Of a stretch of 41,890 nucleotides of DNA, positions 24,090 to 34,466 are shown one piece after another. The first letter of the stretch is position 1, and each line of letters begins with the position of its first letter. Below the pieces are notes generated by a model. That model saw only the letters and a list, made by a program, of their open reading frames with translations, did no database searches and was not told the DNA's origin. The stretch is taken from positions 1 through 41,890 of the IMG/VR virus record IMGVR_UViG_3300012943_000017; one strand, given 5' to 3'. The translations under genes and the position numbers were made by a program. This stretch comes from a virus. Its lineage: Duplodnaviria; Caudoviricetes.

Positions 24090-25613
24090 ATGTTAGATTA
24101 CATAAAGCAAAAGTTCTCAGGTGCGATGGGACATAACTTGAGAAAAAAACTAGAAAGAAACGACTCAGAAGCCGTGGCTAGGGAAGGAGACAACAGGTAC
24201 GACTCTGTTTACCACCAAGACGGCTGGATGAATATTATCACTGGCATGGGCGTTCGTGGTCGCGATAAAAATATGGCGACGACCTATCGCATGTGCTGGC
24301 AATTGTCAGACGCAGAGCTTGATCAGCTTTACCGAGGTGACGGCTTTGTAAAGAGGATTGTAGAGCTTGTGTCCAATGAAATGGTGCGTCAAGGCTGGGA
24401 CATTGAAGGCGACGCGGACGGTGCAGTCAACCAAAAGATCGAAGAGCTTAACGGATACAAAACGCTGATAGATTTGATTAACTGGGCTAGGCTTTACGGT
24501 GGCGCGGTGATCGTTATGGGGATTGCAGACGGCAGAAACTTAGAGGAGCCTGTGGATGAAAACAATATCCGCGATGTTTGCTGGCTTCACGTCTTTGACA
24601 GATACCAAGCCTTTAGCAATGACGGCACGTTTGAGAGAGACCTAAACAGCCCAAATTACGGCTACCCTAACATGTACCAAGTGAACGACTCAAGGACTGG
24701 AAACGTCTTTGTGGTTCACCATTCAAGGATTTTGCGTATCGACTGGTGCGTCTTGCCCCCTCGCTTGCAAAACATGAATAACGGCTGGGGAGATTCAGCT
24801 ATCCAGTCCATGTACGAGGAGCTTAAGAACTATTCGGGAGCTTTTGCCAATTCTGGAATTATGCTTCATGACTTCGTTAATGGTGTCTTAACAATTCCTG
24901 GGCTTTCAGAAAAAATCGCTACCAAGTGCGGAAATGAGCAGGTGATGAATCGGCTTGATATCCTTAATATGGCAAAGTCGGTAGCCAACACCATGCTTTT
25001 GGATGGGGAGGAAAAGTTTGAAAAAATCACCACTCAGCTTGCTGGACTTGCGGACTTGTTGGATCGCTTTATGCAGACTCTTTCTGCCGTGTCGGGAATA
25101 CCTGTTACGCTTCTATTCGGTCGCAGCGCAGCTGGTCTTAATGCGACTGGTGACAACGATGTCAGGAATTTTTACGACCTCATCAAGCAGCTTCAAGAGG
25201 GTAAGCTAAAACCTTGCTTAGAGCGTCTTGTGAAGTACATATTCCTCAGTAAAGAGGGACCAACAAAAGGGGTTGAGCCAGAACAATGGAGCATCAAGTT
25301 TACTCCGCTCTGGCAAAATACAGAAGAGCAAGAGGCTCTAATTAAGAGAACAGTTGCCGAGACCGACAGAATTTATATTGAGACTGGCGTTCTTGACCCT
25401 TCAGAAGTTGCTATCTCACGATTCGGTGGAGATTCATACTCTATGAACACGGAAATTGATCTGGAGGCTCGTAAAGGCGGTTATGACCCGAATGAGATAG
25501 CTGAGCTTGAAGCAGAAAAGCAAGCGCAGATCGAAAAACAAGGACCGAATCCTACTATAGGACCGGACTTTGTGCCAAGCAATGTAGGCTGGACGCCAAG
25601 GAGACCGATCTAA
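24090..25613 (+). CDS. Portal protein (DUF1073 family)
   Basis: Follows terL; WARLYGGA, VHHSR, GWGDS, GIPVT.LFG.S..GLNATG..D..NFYD. Confidence 0.92.
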   Translation: MLDYIKQKFSGAMGHNLRKKLERNDSEAVAREGDNRYDSVYHQDGWMNIITGMGVRGRDKNMATTYRMCWQLSDAELDQLYRGDGFVKRIVELVSNEMVRQGWDIEGDADGAVNQKIEELNGYKTLIDLINWARLYGGAVIVMGIADGRNLEEPVDENNIRDVCWLHVFDRYQAFSNDGTFERDLNSPNYGYPNMYQVNDSRTGNVFVVHHSRILRIDWCVLPPRLQNMNNGWGDSAIQSMYEELKNYSGAFANSGIMLHDFVNGVLTIPGLSEKIATKCGNEQVMNRLDILNMAKSVANTMLLDGEEKFEKITTQLAGLADLLDRFMQTLSAVSGIPVTLLFGRSAAGLNATGDNDVRNFYDLIKQLQEGKLKPCLERLVKYIFLSKEGPTKGVEPEQWSIKFTPLWQNTEEQEALIKRTVAETDRIYIETGVLDPSEVAISRFGGDSYSMNTEIDLEARKGGYDPNEIAELEAEKQAQIEKQGPNPTIGPDFVPSNVGWTPRRPI

Positions 25614-26452
25614 TGCTGTCTCATAATAAGCTCGCGATGATAAGGGAGCGTCGCAAAAACGCTCCTAAGCGTTTGAAAAAACCGCCTAAGTGGCTCTTTC
25701 CTCATTCGGCTGAAAGAGAATACACTCGCGATTTGTTTTCATTGACGAATGAGCTTAAGCGGTTGATTAAAGAGATCTTAGTTCCGCAGATTCCCTCGAT
25801 GATTGTTGAGGTAAACGCCAAAACCCCCGATCCCATAAAGAATGACGACTTTATTGACAAGCTAAAAGGTTTGATAATAACTATCAGAGAAGCTATACAA
25901 GGTAAAGTAGATGAGACAATTTTGCAAGCGGAAAAGATTGGTTTACAAATAGCAGCCTACAATCAGGCTCAATTTGATAAGACGACCAAGTCGGTTTTTG
26001 GGCTCGATCTCTTCGTAGATCAGCCTTGGCTCGTAGACCAACTTAAACTTTTCAGCTCGCAAAATGCTCAGTTGATAACTTCGATACCAGATCAAGAGCT
26101 TGAACAGGTAGCAGGAATAGTTGAAAGAAGGCTACAAGAAGGCGAAAGATTTGAAGTTGTTGAACAAGATTTAATAAAAAGATTTGGAATTACCCGAAGA
26201 CGTGCTAAATTAATAGCAAGAGATCAGACAACTAAATTAAACGCAAGTTTGACGAAATTAAGGCAGCAGGAGCTTGGAGTTGAGGAATACACTTGGCAGA
26301 CCGCAGGGGATGAAAGGGTTAGACCGACACACAAAGCTAATGACGGAAAAAAATTTAGATGGGATGATCCTCCTAACAAGACAGGTCATCCAGGCACTGA
26401 CGTGAATTGCAGGTGTGTAGCAATACCAGTCCTAGAAGGTATTTTGGAGTAG
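25613..26452 (+). CDS. Head morphogenesis protein (SPP1 gp7 / Mu gpF)
   Basis: RAKLIARDQT.K, W.T.GD.RVR..H, HPG...NCRC. Confidence 0.93.
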   Translation: MLSHNKLAMIRERRKNAPKRLKKPPKWLFPHSAEREYTRDLFSLTNELKRLIKEILVPQIPSMIVEVNAKTPDPIKNDDFIDKLKGLIITIREAIQGKVDETILQAEKIGLQIAAYNQAQFDKTTKSVFGLDLFVDQPWLVDQLKLFSSQNAQLITSIPDQELEQVAGIVERRLQEGERFEVVEQDLIKRFGITRRRAKLIARDQTTKLNASLTKLRQQELGVEEYTWQTAGDERVRPTHKANDGKKFRWDDPPNKTGHPGTDVNCRCVAIPVLEGILE

Positions 26453-26455
26453 ATT

Positions 26456-26680
26456 ATGACAACTCTCGAAGAGATTAGAAAGCGCAAAGGTGAGTCCAAT
26501 GCAGGCAAGTACAAGCATGTTGCCGAGAAAAATTTTGCTGGACCCGATGGCACTTTCCCGATAAATACAATGGCTAGGGCGCGTAGTGCGCTTTCAAGGG
26601 CGCATAATGCTAAAGATCCTGCGCAAATACGTCAAGCCGTATATGAAAAATATCCAAGTTTAAGGAAGCCAGCGAAATGA
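26456..26680 (+). CDS. Small basic head-region protein
   Basis: FAGPDGTFPI....ARSALSRA motif; atga coupling to the protease gene. Confidence 0.7.
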   Translation: MTTLEEIRKRKGESNAGKYKHVAEKNFAGPDGTFPINTMARARSALSRAHNAKDPAQIRQAVYEKYPSLRKPAK

Positions 26681-27843
26681 AGTTGAATGAAGTAGCTCGC
26701 TATGACAGGGCAGTCGTCCGAGGCGACGCCAAAATCACGCAAGAGGGATTCATTCGCGCTAACGCTGTAGTCACGCGTATTGGCGTTTTCGTCTATAAAA
26801 ACCCAGACGGAACAATACGAAGAGAGCTTAGACATCCCGATGAAGTCTTTAAGGAATCCTCTCTTGAGACAATGAAGTTGATTCCCGTGACTAATGGTCA
26901 TCCTCAAGAGCGTCTTATTTCTGCTGAAAATGCAAAAAGGTTGGCAGTAGGGTATACAGGCGAAACAATTGAGAATGATGGCGAGTATGTGCTTTCTCGT
27001 CTGGTCGTAACTGACGCGGATGCTGTGAAAGATGTGGTCGAGAAAAACCGCAAGGAGCTGTCTCTCGGTTATACAGTTGATTTGGTTCCTGAAGATGGTA
27101 CTTGGAATGGTCAGTCTTATGAGTACAGACAGACAAATATCAAATACAATCACCTTTCCTTGGTCGACATGGCGAGGGCAGGAGGCGAAGCAAGAATAGC
27201 GTTAGACAGTGCTGATGCTGTTGAAATTATTAACGAGGAGTCAAACATGGCTAAAGTGAAGATTAGAATCGACCAAGAGGAAGTCATGGTCGAGCCGAAA
27301 ACAGCGGATCACTATGAGAAGCTGATGGAGGATTTTAAGAATTTATCGCAAGAGAAGGAACGTGTAGAAGCCGAACTTGCGATGATCTCAGATAAGCTCG
27401 CCAAAATGGAAGGAGCTAAAGGTGAACGCGATTCTCAAGCGGAAAAGGTAAACCCTCTTCCTGCGGAAGATAAGCCTGGTTCAATTGATGATGATGCCAA
27501 AATGGATGGCAGAGTCTTCCGTGAAAAGGTAAAAGAGCGCGTTAAATTAGAGAAGTTGGCAGAGTTGGTCTTGGACGGAGTAGACCTAGACAACCTATCC
27601 GACATGGAGATCAAAAAGAAAATCGTTCAAGCAAAGAACAAATCCATCAATCTTGATGGCAAGAGCGAAGTCTATGTTGACGCAGCTTTTGACATTGCAG
27701 TTTTGGACTATAAAGCTAAACCTACGGTAAAGGCAAATCCTCGCGGACAAGTCAACCGTGACACTAGCGATATGCCAAGTGCTGAGGATTCAAGAACAAA
27801 AATGATCGCACGGATGAAAAATCCCAAAGTCGGAGGTAAATAA
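26677..27843 (+). CDS. Prohead protease/scaffold (DUF2213)
   Basis: TRIGVF.Y, R.PDEVF, PVT.GHP, ELS.GY, NHL.LV..ARAG; coiled-coil C-terminus. Confidence 0.92.
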   Translation: MKLNEVARYDRAVVRGDAKITQEGFIRANAVVTRIGVFVYKNPDGTIRRELRHPDEVFKESSLETMKLIPVTNGHPQERLISAENAKRLAVGYTGETIENDGEYVLSRLVVTDADAVKDVVEKNRKELSLGYTVDLVPEDGTWNGQSYEYRQTNIKYNHLSLVDMARAGGEARIALDSADAVEIINEESNMAKVKIRIDQEEVMVEPKTADHYEKLMEDFKNLSQEKERVEAELAMISDKLAKMEGAKGERDSQAEKVNPLPAEDKPGSIDDDAKMDGRVFREKVKERVKLEKLAELVLDGVDLDNLSDMEIKKKIVQAKNKSINLDGKSEVYVDAAFDIAVLDYKAKPTVKANPRGQVNRDTSDMPSAEDSRTKMIARMKNPKVGGK

Positions 27844-28634
27844 TGGTCGGTCAAACTAGTTACCCAACAGAGATGGTAATTGCTAGTGAGGGTCTAAGAG
27901 CGGACTCTGGCTTTGGCAACGTACTTTCTCCAAGAGCAGCCGAAACTATCGTTATCGGTCGTGCTGTAGCAAAGGTTCAAGGCGTGGATTATCAAGTAAG
28001 ATACCCTCACCAAAACCTTACAACTCTCGTTTTCAGCGCAGACTTAGTCTCGTTAAACGTGGTTAATGGTAGCGTCAATGGTGTGGCGATTACGCCTGTC
28101 ACCTTTAACACTTCACACTTGATCACGATGGGTCTTATCGCTACAGCGATTGAAGCTAACCCAGCCGTAGCAAGTGCGACTGTGGGCGGTGCTAACAACA
28201 GAACAATCACAATCGTAGCGAATCAAGATGCAGCTGCTATACCTGCCACTGGCTGGGTTGTCACTTTGGGTGCTTCACAAGCAACCATCGAAATGACAAA
28301 CACCACTTCAGACAGCTTGTACGGCGTGGCGTTGAGAATCCAGAACAAGATGAACTTGTACGCTCCTACCGGATCGGACGGGGCTTCTCCTTACTACGAA
28401 GGGGATTGCGTGTCTATGCTCACTAAGGGTCGTGTCTATGTAAAAGTAGAGACAATCGTTACTTCCGATGATCCTGTCTATGTCAGATTCGCGCCTAACG
28501 GCTTGAATGTCCAGCTCGGTTTATTCCGCGCTGACGCAGACAGCGGAACTTGCTTTGAAGTGCCTCACGCTCTATGGAGAGTCGGCGCACAAGCAGGTGG
28601 GCTTGCAACATTAGAAATTAACCTGCCGAACTAA
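27843..28634 (+). CDS. Capsid cement/decoration protein carrying an inserted domain (28011-28298)
   Basis: Between protease and MCP; C-terminal VSMLTKGRVYV...DPVYVR...G.FR.DAD. Confidence 0.8.
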   Translation: MVGQTSYPTEMVIASEGLRADSGFGNVLSPRAAETIVIGRAVAKVQGVDYQVRYPHQNLTTLVFSADLVSLNVVNGSVNGVAITPVTFNTSHLITMGLIATAIEANPAVASATVGGANNRTITIVANQDAAAIPATGWVVTLGASQATIEMTNTTSDSLYGVALRIQNKMNLYAPTGSDGASPYYEGDCVSMLTKGRVYVKVETIVTSDDPVYVRFAPNGLNVQLGLFRADADSGTCFEVPHALWRVGAQAGGLATLEINLPN

Positions 28635-28646
28635 GGAGCAAAGAAT

Positions 28647-29579
28647 ATGGATAAAATTCATAGCACTCGGCTCGATGCGAATGAAACATTTTTCTTCGCT
28701 CGTGAACTCGAGTACATCAAGTCACGGTCTTACGACATCCTGTTTCCTAAGCTAAAGGCGTTGAGCGGTCTTATGCCGATCAGCACTGAAGCTGGACCAG
28801 GGGCGGAAGTCATCACGTTCACACAGTACGAGCCTACTGGCTTCGCTCGTGTGATCTCAAGCTATGCGGACGATCTGCCAAGAGCAGACATTCGCGGTAA
28901 GCAGTTCAGCTCAATCGTCCAGTCTCTGGGCGTGAGCTACGCTTACTCAATGCAGGAGATCAGAGCTGCCATGTTTGCTGGTAAGCCATTGCAGCAAAGA
29001 CAAGCTAACGCAGCTCGTCTTGCTAACGATCAGAAAGCAGAGAAGCTAGCTTGGTATGGAGATGCAAATTTCAATATCCAAGGCTTCCTCTATGCGCCTA
29101 ACGTCCCAGCAGCACCAGTACCTAACGACGGTACAGGTAACACAACTGAGTGGGTCAACAAGACGCCTGATCAAATCTTGAGAGACATGAACGAATTATC
29201 AAACTCTATCTTCAGCATCACAAACGGCGTTGAAGCTCCAGACACTTTGATTCTTCCTCTGGCTCAATATGCGTTGATCTCTTCAACTCCTCGCTCACCT
29301 AATTCTGACACAACTATTTTGGAGTACTTCCTCCAGAATAACCCTTTTGTCACGAATGTAGACTGGGTATTTGAGTTGAGCGGTGCTGGACCTCTTGGCG
29401 TGGATATCATGGTTGCCTACCATAACAACCCTGACAAATTCACTCTTGAGATTCCAATGCCTTATACACAGTACGCTCCTCAAGAGCGCAATCTGATGTA
29501 TGAGATCAATTGCGAATCCAGATTCGGTGGCGTGATCATCTATTATCCTCTATCAATTTCGATCGGGGAGGGCATCTAA
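28647..29579 (+). CDS. Major capsid protein (DUF2184, HK97 fold)
   Basis: FFARELEYI, G.A..I..YADDLPR.D, YS.QE.RAA, PDTL.LP, GGV.IYYP. Confidence 0.93.
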   Translation: MDKIHSTRLDANETFFFARELEYIKSRSYDILFPKLKALSGLMPISTEAGPGAEVITFTQYEPTGFARVISSYADDLPRADIRGKQFSSIVQSLGVSYAYSMQEIRAAMFAGKPLQQRQANAARLANDQKAEKLAWYGDANFNIQGFLYAPNVPAAPVPNDGTGNTTEWVNKTPDQILRDMNELSNSIFSITNGVEAPDTLILPLAQYALISSTPRSPNSDTTILEYFLQNNPFVTNVDWVFELSGAGPLGVDIMVAYHNNPDKFTLEIPMPYTQYAPQERNLMYEINCESRFGGVIIYYPLSISIGEGI

Positions 29580-29992
29580 TGGCTTTGGTTCGTTATAATG
29601 GGAAGAACATTCTCTATTACAACTTCAAAACTGCCATTATGCCAGGTATCAACGAGCTTGACGCAGGCGTCCTAGACGCCATGCGTCAGCATAAGATCTT
29701 CAAGCACCATTTCGACGAAGGTCGTTTAGTGGTCGTTGAAGAAGATCCCAAAGTTGAAAAACCTTTAAAAGATGGTAAGCGAGCTGTACAAGAGATGCTT
29801 AAACTTATCCCAGAGATGTTCGATAAGAAACTTCTGGAAAAGATCATCAAGACTGATGGACGACCAGCCGTGATAAGCTCTGCTAAAGAGCAGCTCCACA
29901 AGCTGACAGTCCAAGCAGAAGATGAAGAGAAAGACAAGTCTAAAGCAAAAATGAAGGTTGAAAATGGCGTTGACGAATCAAGCAATCCTTAG
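29579..29992 (+). CDS. Hypothetical head-associated protein (ATG 29579)
   Basis: taatg coupling to MCP; IMPGINE and D.R..V....KEQL motifs. Confidence 0.7.
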   Translation: MALVRYNGKNILYYNFKTAIMPGINELDAGVLDAMRQHKIFKHHFDEGRLVVVEEDPKVEKPLKDGKRAVQEMLKLIPEMFDKKLLEKIIKTDGRPAVISSAKEQLHKLTVQAEDEEKDKSKAKMKVENGVDESSNP

Positions 29993-30371
29993 TGCGCTGT
30001 ATGCTATTGCTCCGCAATTTGCAAATCCTGACCCTGATACGCTAGCGGTATACAATCAGCTGATTGATCTACTGCGATGCGAATTCAATGAGGCAGCATT
30101 TTGTACTTGTGGCGCGTTAGCGTTCGCCTATTTGCTTGCTCACACGTTAACACTGCGTTCAAACCCCTTGACAGGGGTAGCCAACTCATTGCATGAAGGT
30201 GACTTATCCATCAGCCTTGCAATACAGGCTGGTGGGTCGGTCTTAGATGCCACAAGCTATGGCAAAGCATACAAAGACATGATTAAGAGGCTTGTGGTTG
30301 GACCGACTGTCACAAACTTGCCTCCCAACTTTTCAGTGGTGGGATATGGCTCGTGCGGGTGCGGCTGTTAG
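29964..30371 (+). CDS. Head-tail adaptor (DUF4054)
   Basis: APQF, YLLAH.L, EGDLSIS, L..TSYG..Y. Confidence 0.85.
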   Translation: MALTNQAILSALYAIAPQFANPDPDTLAVYNQLIDLLRCEFNEAAFCTCGALAFAYLLAHTLTLRSNPLTGVANSLHEGDLSISLAIQAGGSVLDATSYGKAYKDMIKRLVVGPTVTNLPPNFSVVGYGSCGCGC

Positions 30372-30840
30372 GGACACAGATTTAGGATGGAATGAGATTC
30401 AGGAGCAACTTGAGTATGCAGCCAAATCTTACGTTCTTGTGGGCTTTCAAGAAGGTTCAAAAACTAAAGTCCAAATTAAAGGTGATCGAACAAAAGAAGG
30501 CGGTCTGTCGATGCCCGAAATCGCTGCATCGAATGAATTCGGTACAAAAACGATTCCAGCGCGTCCTTTCATGTCCACTGCCTTCGATGATAATCGACTA
30601 AAAATTTACAACTTTATCCAGTCCGAATACGACAAGGTCTTACTAGGCAAGCAGACTACCGAGAAAGCCCTAGGAAGAATCGGAATTTCAATGGTGGGAC
30701 TAGTCCAGAAAAAAATCAGACAGATAATCTATCCGCCTAATGCGCCTAGCACGATAAAGGCAAAGGGTAGTTCAAAGCCCTTGATTGACTTTGGGCAGAT
30801 GATTCAATCGGTTAGAGAAAAGGTGGTGCTTAAAAAATGA
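30346..30840 (+). CDS. Neck / tail-completion protein (HK97 gp10-like)
   Basis: VLVG, IA..NEFG...IPARPF, PNAPSTI..KGSSKPLID.GQ. Confidence 0.88.
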   Translation: MARAGAAVRDTDLGWNEIQEQLEYAAKSYVLVGFQEGSKTKVQIKGDRTKEGGLSMPEIAASNEFGTKTIPARPFMSTAFDDNRLKIYNFIQSEYDKVLLGKQTTEKALGRIGISMVGLVQKKIRQIIYPPNAPSTIKAKGSSKPLIDFGQMIQSVREKVVLKK

Positions 30841-31478
30841 CACCCTTTGAAATTTTCAGATCCCCGATCATAGTCTACAGAAACGTAAATGGATTCTTTG
30901 TGGATGGAAGATGGCAGGAAGGTTCGCAGGCTTCCCTTTCTGCTGATCTTGTCACAGGCAACAGCGTCGCTATCACGTTCAATGGCGTGGTCTTGGCTGC
31001 AATCCCTTTTACCACCTCCCAGCTTGTGACGATGGATTTGATCGCGGCAGCTATTTTAGCGCAGCCGAATGTCAAGCGCGTGAATTTGAGCGGAACGAAT
31101 AATCGAGTTATCACGGTCATCGCGGATATCGGGGAAAATGATTACTTCGACTCTTTTGTTGTGACAGGAGGAGTGAGCCAACCCACCATAACGATTGAAG
31201 ACAGCCCGACTATCATTCCTACAACCGCAAGCATACAGCCTGTGACAGGGGAAGACATGGATGAGCTACCAGAAGGAAGGCAACTTCTTTCAGGCTACAA
31301 GCTATACACTTCATTTAGGATTCGGACGGTCACGGATGTTAATCCAGATCAGGTCGAAATTTTCGGTAAAAGATATGAAGTCGTTCAGGTCTTTCCGTGG
31401 CAAAACAATATTAATTTTGGTATTGTAAATCATTATAAGTACTTAACCCAACAACTGGAGGCACTCGGTGCAATTTAA
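30837..31478 (+). CDS. Head closure (stopper) protein carrying an inserted domain (30924-31199)
   Basis: G.FVDGRW..G ... ASIQP....M..LPEG.....YKLYT ... D.V...G..YEV core split by the insert. Confidence 0.8.
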   Translation: MTPFEIFRSPIIVYRNVNGFFVDGRWQEGSQASLSADLVTGNSVAITFNGVVLAAIPFTTSQLVTMDLIAAAILAQPNVKRVNLSGTNNRVITVIADIGENDYFDSFVVTGGVSQPTITIEDSPTIIPTTASIQPVTGEDMDELPEGRQLLSGYKLYTSFRIRTVTDVNPDQVEIFGKRYEVVQVFPWQNNINFGIVNHYKYLTQQLEALGAI

Positions 31479-31812
31479 AACATTTTCATCATACGACACG
31501 CAAGATTTGGATAACCAAATCAACAATTGGCTTCAAGAAGCCTACAAACAAAGACAGCAAGTCTTAGACGTTAAGGTCAATACGTCCTTTTCTCCAGACG
31601 GCAAGCCGTTCTTTTCGGCTAACATGATTTATCAGCAAGTGCCGGAAACTAAGTCTGTTCCTAATCCATGCTGCAAAAAACAGCCACAGGAAGCTCAAGA
31701 GCCTGTCGTTCAGAAAGAAGGCGAAGAGCCACAAGAAGGAATGATTCCAACTCCCGAGGCTCCATGCCCTCAGGCAGAAGCAGCTCCACAGGAGCCAGTG
31801 GCGAATGAGTAA
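31468..31812 (+). CDS. Hypothetical protein with Pro/Glu/Gln-rich tail
   Basis: GTG start after ggagg; compact alpha/beta N-terminus, low-complexity C-terminus. Confidence 0.65.
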   Translation: MQFKTFSSYDTQDLDNQINNWLQEAYKQRQQVLDVKVNTSFSPDGKPFFSANMIYQQVPETKSVPNPCCKKQPQEAQEPVVQKEGEEPQEGMIPTPEAPCPQAEAAPQEPVANE

Positions 31813-32011
31813 TGACGATAAGCTCTTTGAGATTTTGAAGCAGATTTTTAATGAGAATTTGGACAAGATCACGGAGTGCGTTATTGAGTGTGTGATTCAC
31901 GATCTAGTCGCTATGACCCTTGAGCAATCAGGGTTTAGCGACTGGGAAAAGATGGAAGAGATCACCAAAAAGGTGATTAGTAAAATGCGAAAGGTAAGTA
32001 ATGCCAATTAA
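31805..32011 (+). CDS. Small hypothetical protein
   Basis: Overlaps both neighbours within the operon. Confidence 0.6.
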   Translation: MSNDDKLFEILKQIFNENLDKITECVIECVIHDLVAMTLEQSGFSDWEKMEEITKKVISKMRKVSNAN

Positions 32012-32540
32012 TTTTGAAGTAGTCAAAACTAACTTGTATGACTGGGCGGTTGCAAACTTGCCTGCGAATACTCCTGTTATTTTTCTCTATCAAAATGCGC
32101 CTCGTCCAGAGACGGCTTATGTGACCCTTTATTTAAGCTCCCTAGTCCAGATCGGAAATGACTATGTTCCACGTCCTGATAATCAAGCTGGAATTGTCGA
32201 GCAGATAGGGGATAGGGAGTTTACTTTACAGATTGCCACATACGGCGGAGATTGTATTACTAGGCTTGAAAATTTACGATCTTCTTTGCAAAAGGACAGT
32301 GTTTTAGCTACACTGCAAGAAAATGGAATAATATTTGTAGAACAGTTTCCAATACAAGATGTGACGGAATTAGTTGCTTCAAGATTTGAAAATCGCGCCC
32401 AAATGGATATTTTATTCAGAATGGGTCAGACATACGACGATACCCTCGGATCGATAGAAACTGTTGAGATACAAGAAATTTTTAACAATGGCGAATCGGT
32501 CGTGTACGATGAAACGCACACGATCTCAATCGTACCGTAG
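32001..32540 (+). CDS. Tail terminator / neck protein
   Basis: YQNAPRP...YVT, G.RE...QI..YG, FE.RA..D; precedes the sheath. Confidence 0.8.
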   Translation: MPINFEVVKTNLYDWAVANLPANTPVIFLYQNAPRPETAYVTLYLSSLVQIGNDYVPRPDNQAGIVEQIGDREFTLQIATYGGDCITRLENLRSSLQKDSVLATLQENGIIFVEQFPIQDVTELVASRFENRAQMDILFRMGQTYDDTLGSIETVEIQEIFNNGESVVYDETHTISIVP

Positions 32541-32549
32541 GAGGACGCA

Positions 32550-34442
32550 ATGCCTTTAAGCGAAATTGTAAACGTACAGATTACAAGAGAGACGTCCACA
32601 GTCTCTGAAGCAGGGTTCGGTACGTTGATGATCTTGGGAGTTCACAAGAGATTTAACGACCGTATCCGTTATTACTCGAATATTCAAGGGGTTGGGGAAG
32701 ATTTTGAGCCTACCGACCTAGAATATATCGCAGCACAAGATGTCTTTAGCCAAGCGATAAGCCCAGCTTTATTGGCTATTGGACGTAGGACAGTGAACAG
32801 CGCAACAATCACGGTTGAAACGGCTCAAGCCCCCTTCAACTACACGACCACAATCAACGGCAATGCCGTAACGATTGCTTCGGCTCCTGTAGCGCAGAAT
32901 TCAACTGTAGTACTAAGCGCGGACTTGGTTTCCTTAAACTCCATCGCCGTTGAGGTGAATGGTGTTTCTTTGACTCCTATCGTTTACGCCTCTTCTCATC
33001 TGGCGACGATGAATGCGATTTGCGCAGCTATCGCTCTTCAACCTAATATTGCTCAAGCGATCTTAGACCCAGATGATATCACAAATAGAACAATCCTCGT
33101 TGAAGGTGATCCAGGCTTTGATGGAATTATTGATTCGTTCGTTGTGACCTTGGGAGCCTCTCAAGCAGTTGCTACGATCACTTATCAGACTCAAGCGGTT
33201 TCTCCTTTAACGATTGCAGCGACTATGGTTGCCGCGATTAACGCCTTCACGCCTGATCTAGGAGTGACAGCAACAGACAATAACGATGCGACGTATACTC
33301 TAGCAGCCGATGTGGCAGGTGTTCCTTACACGCTAGATGTCTCAACTAATATTGTAAACCCTGTGCAGGCGCGTGTGACAATCACACAAGCAGAGCCTTT
33401 AACAGAATACAAGATGCAGTTGAATGCCTTTGATGTGATCTATACGACCCTTGTTGGAGTCCAGAATAATGAAGAGGTGGCAGCAGGTTTAGTCTTGGCG
33501 ATCAATAATGACCCAGTACTTCCTTTCACCGCTACAGACAACCTAAATGGCTCTTTTGAAGTGGTAGAGGACACAAACTTGCCATTCATCATCAACGTGA
33601 CCGAAGGAATAATGGCTAAGCAATTTGGCTTAATCATCAACCCTTATTCACCTTCTGATACGGCTGTGAACGATCTTAATGCGATTGTTGCAGTCAATGA
33701 TGATTGGTATGCCTTGGCTGAAACGACAAGAGTCTCCGCAACAGTTCAAGCGATTGCTGCTTGGGTTGAAGCGCGAGTCAAAATCTTCGGAACAACTTCA
33801 GACGACCCGAATATCATCAATCAATCAGTTGGCGTGGACACCACCTCTATCGCTTACTTGCTTAACTTGGCTGGCTATGTCAGATCGTTCGTCATGTACC
33901 ATGAAGATGCAGCGAATGACTTCCCTGAATGTGCTTGGTTCGGTAGGGTTTTACCTCTCGTTCCGGGTAGTGAAACATGGAAGTTTAAGCAGCTAAATTC
34001 AATCGCTTATAGCAATTTAACAACCTCACAGAGCTTGAACGCCCGAAACAAGAAAGCCAACACATACGAATTTATCGGAGGAGTTGGAATCACAAGAGAA
34101 GGCACAATGGCTCAAGGCGAGTTTATCGATATTATTCGCGGCGTGGATTGGTTGACTTCACGAATCCAAGAATTCGTTTATGCGGTCTTGGTCAGAAGCG
34201 AGAAAGTGCCTTATACCAACGCAGGTATCACCTTGATTGAAGCTGAAGTCAAGAGGGCTTTACAGCTTGGAATCGACAATAACTTCATCTCGGATAATCC
34301 AGAGCCTGTGGTTACTGTGCCTGATGCTGCGACCGTTCCACCGAACGACAAGGCGAATAGAATATTAAAGAACGTGAAATTTACTGCGACCCTTGCAGGC
34401 GCAATCCACGCAGTAGAAATTCGCGGAACAGTAACAGTGTAA
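32550..34442 (+). CDS. Contractile tail sheath (DUF3383) with inserted domains
   Basis: [49 protein letters not shown]. Confidence 0.93.
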   Translation: MPLSEIVNVQITRETSTVSEAGFGTLMILGVHKRFNDRIRYYSNIQGVGEDFEPTDLEYIAAQDVFSQAISPALLAIGRRTVNSATITVETAQAPFNYTTTINGNAVTIASAPVAQNSTVVLSADLVSLNSIAVEVNGVSLTPIVYASSHLATMNAICAAIALQPNIAQAILDPDDITNRTILVEGDPGFDGIIDSFVVTLGASQAVATITYQTQAVSPLTIAATMVAAINAFTPDLGVTATDNNDATYTLAADVAGVPYTLDVSTNIVNPVQARVTITQAEPLTEYKMQLNAFDVIYTTLVGVQNNEEVAAGLVLAINNDPVLPFTATDNLNGSFEVVEDTNLPFIINVTEGIMAKQFGLIINPYSPSDTAVNDLNAIVAVNDDWYALAETTRVSATVQAIAAWVEARVKIFGTTSDDPNIINQSVGVDTTSIAYLLNLAGYVRSFVMYHEDAANDFPECAWFGRVLPLVPGSETWKFKQLNSIAYSNLTTSQSLNARNKKANTYEFIGGVGITREGTMAQGEFIDIIRGVDWLTSRIQEFVYAVLVRSEKVPYTNAGITLIEAEVKRALQLGIDNNFISDNPEPVVTVPDAATVPPNDKANRILKNVKFTATLAGAIHAVEIRGTVTV

Positions 34443-34466
34443 AGCAGCTTTACATAAGGAGCAATT

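Noticed and set aside
24090-25613. Anti-CBASS Acb1 (a label sometimes attached to DUF1073 proteins)
   Set aside because: Position and motifs indicate a portal; I see no appended 2H-phosphoesterase (HxT/HxS) domain.
26632-27153. Long antisense and alternate-frame ORFs (e.g. 26632-27153, 14947-15423, 12019-12432, 12053-12460, 20450-20839)
   Set aside because: Shadow ORFs over well-supported genes, with no recognisable motifs.
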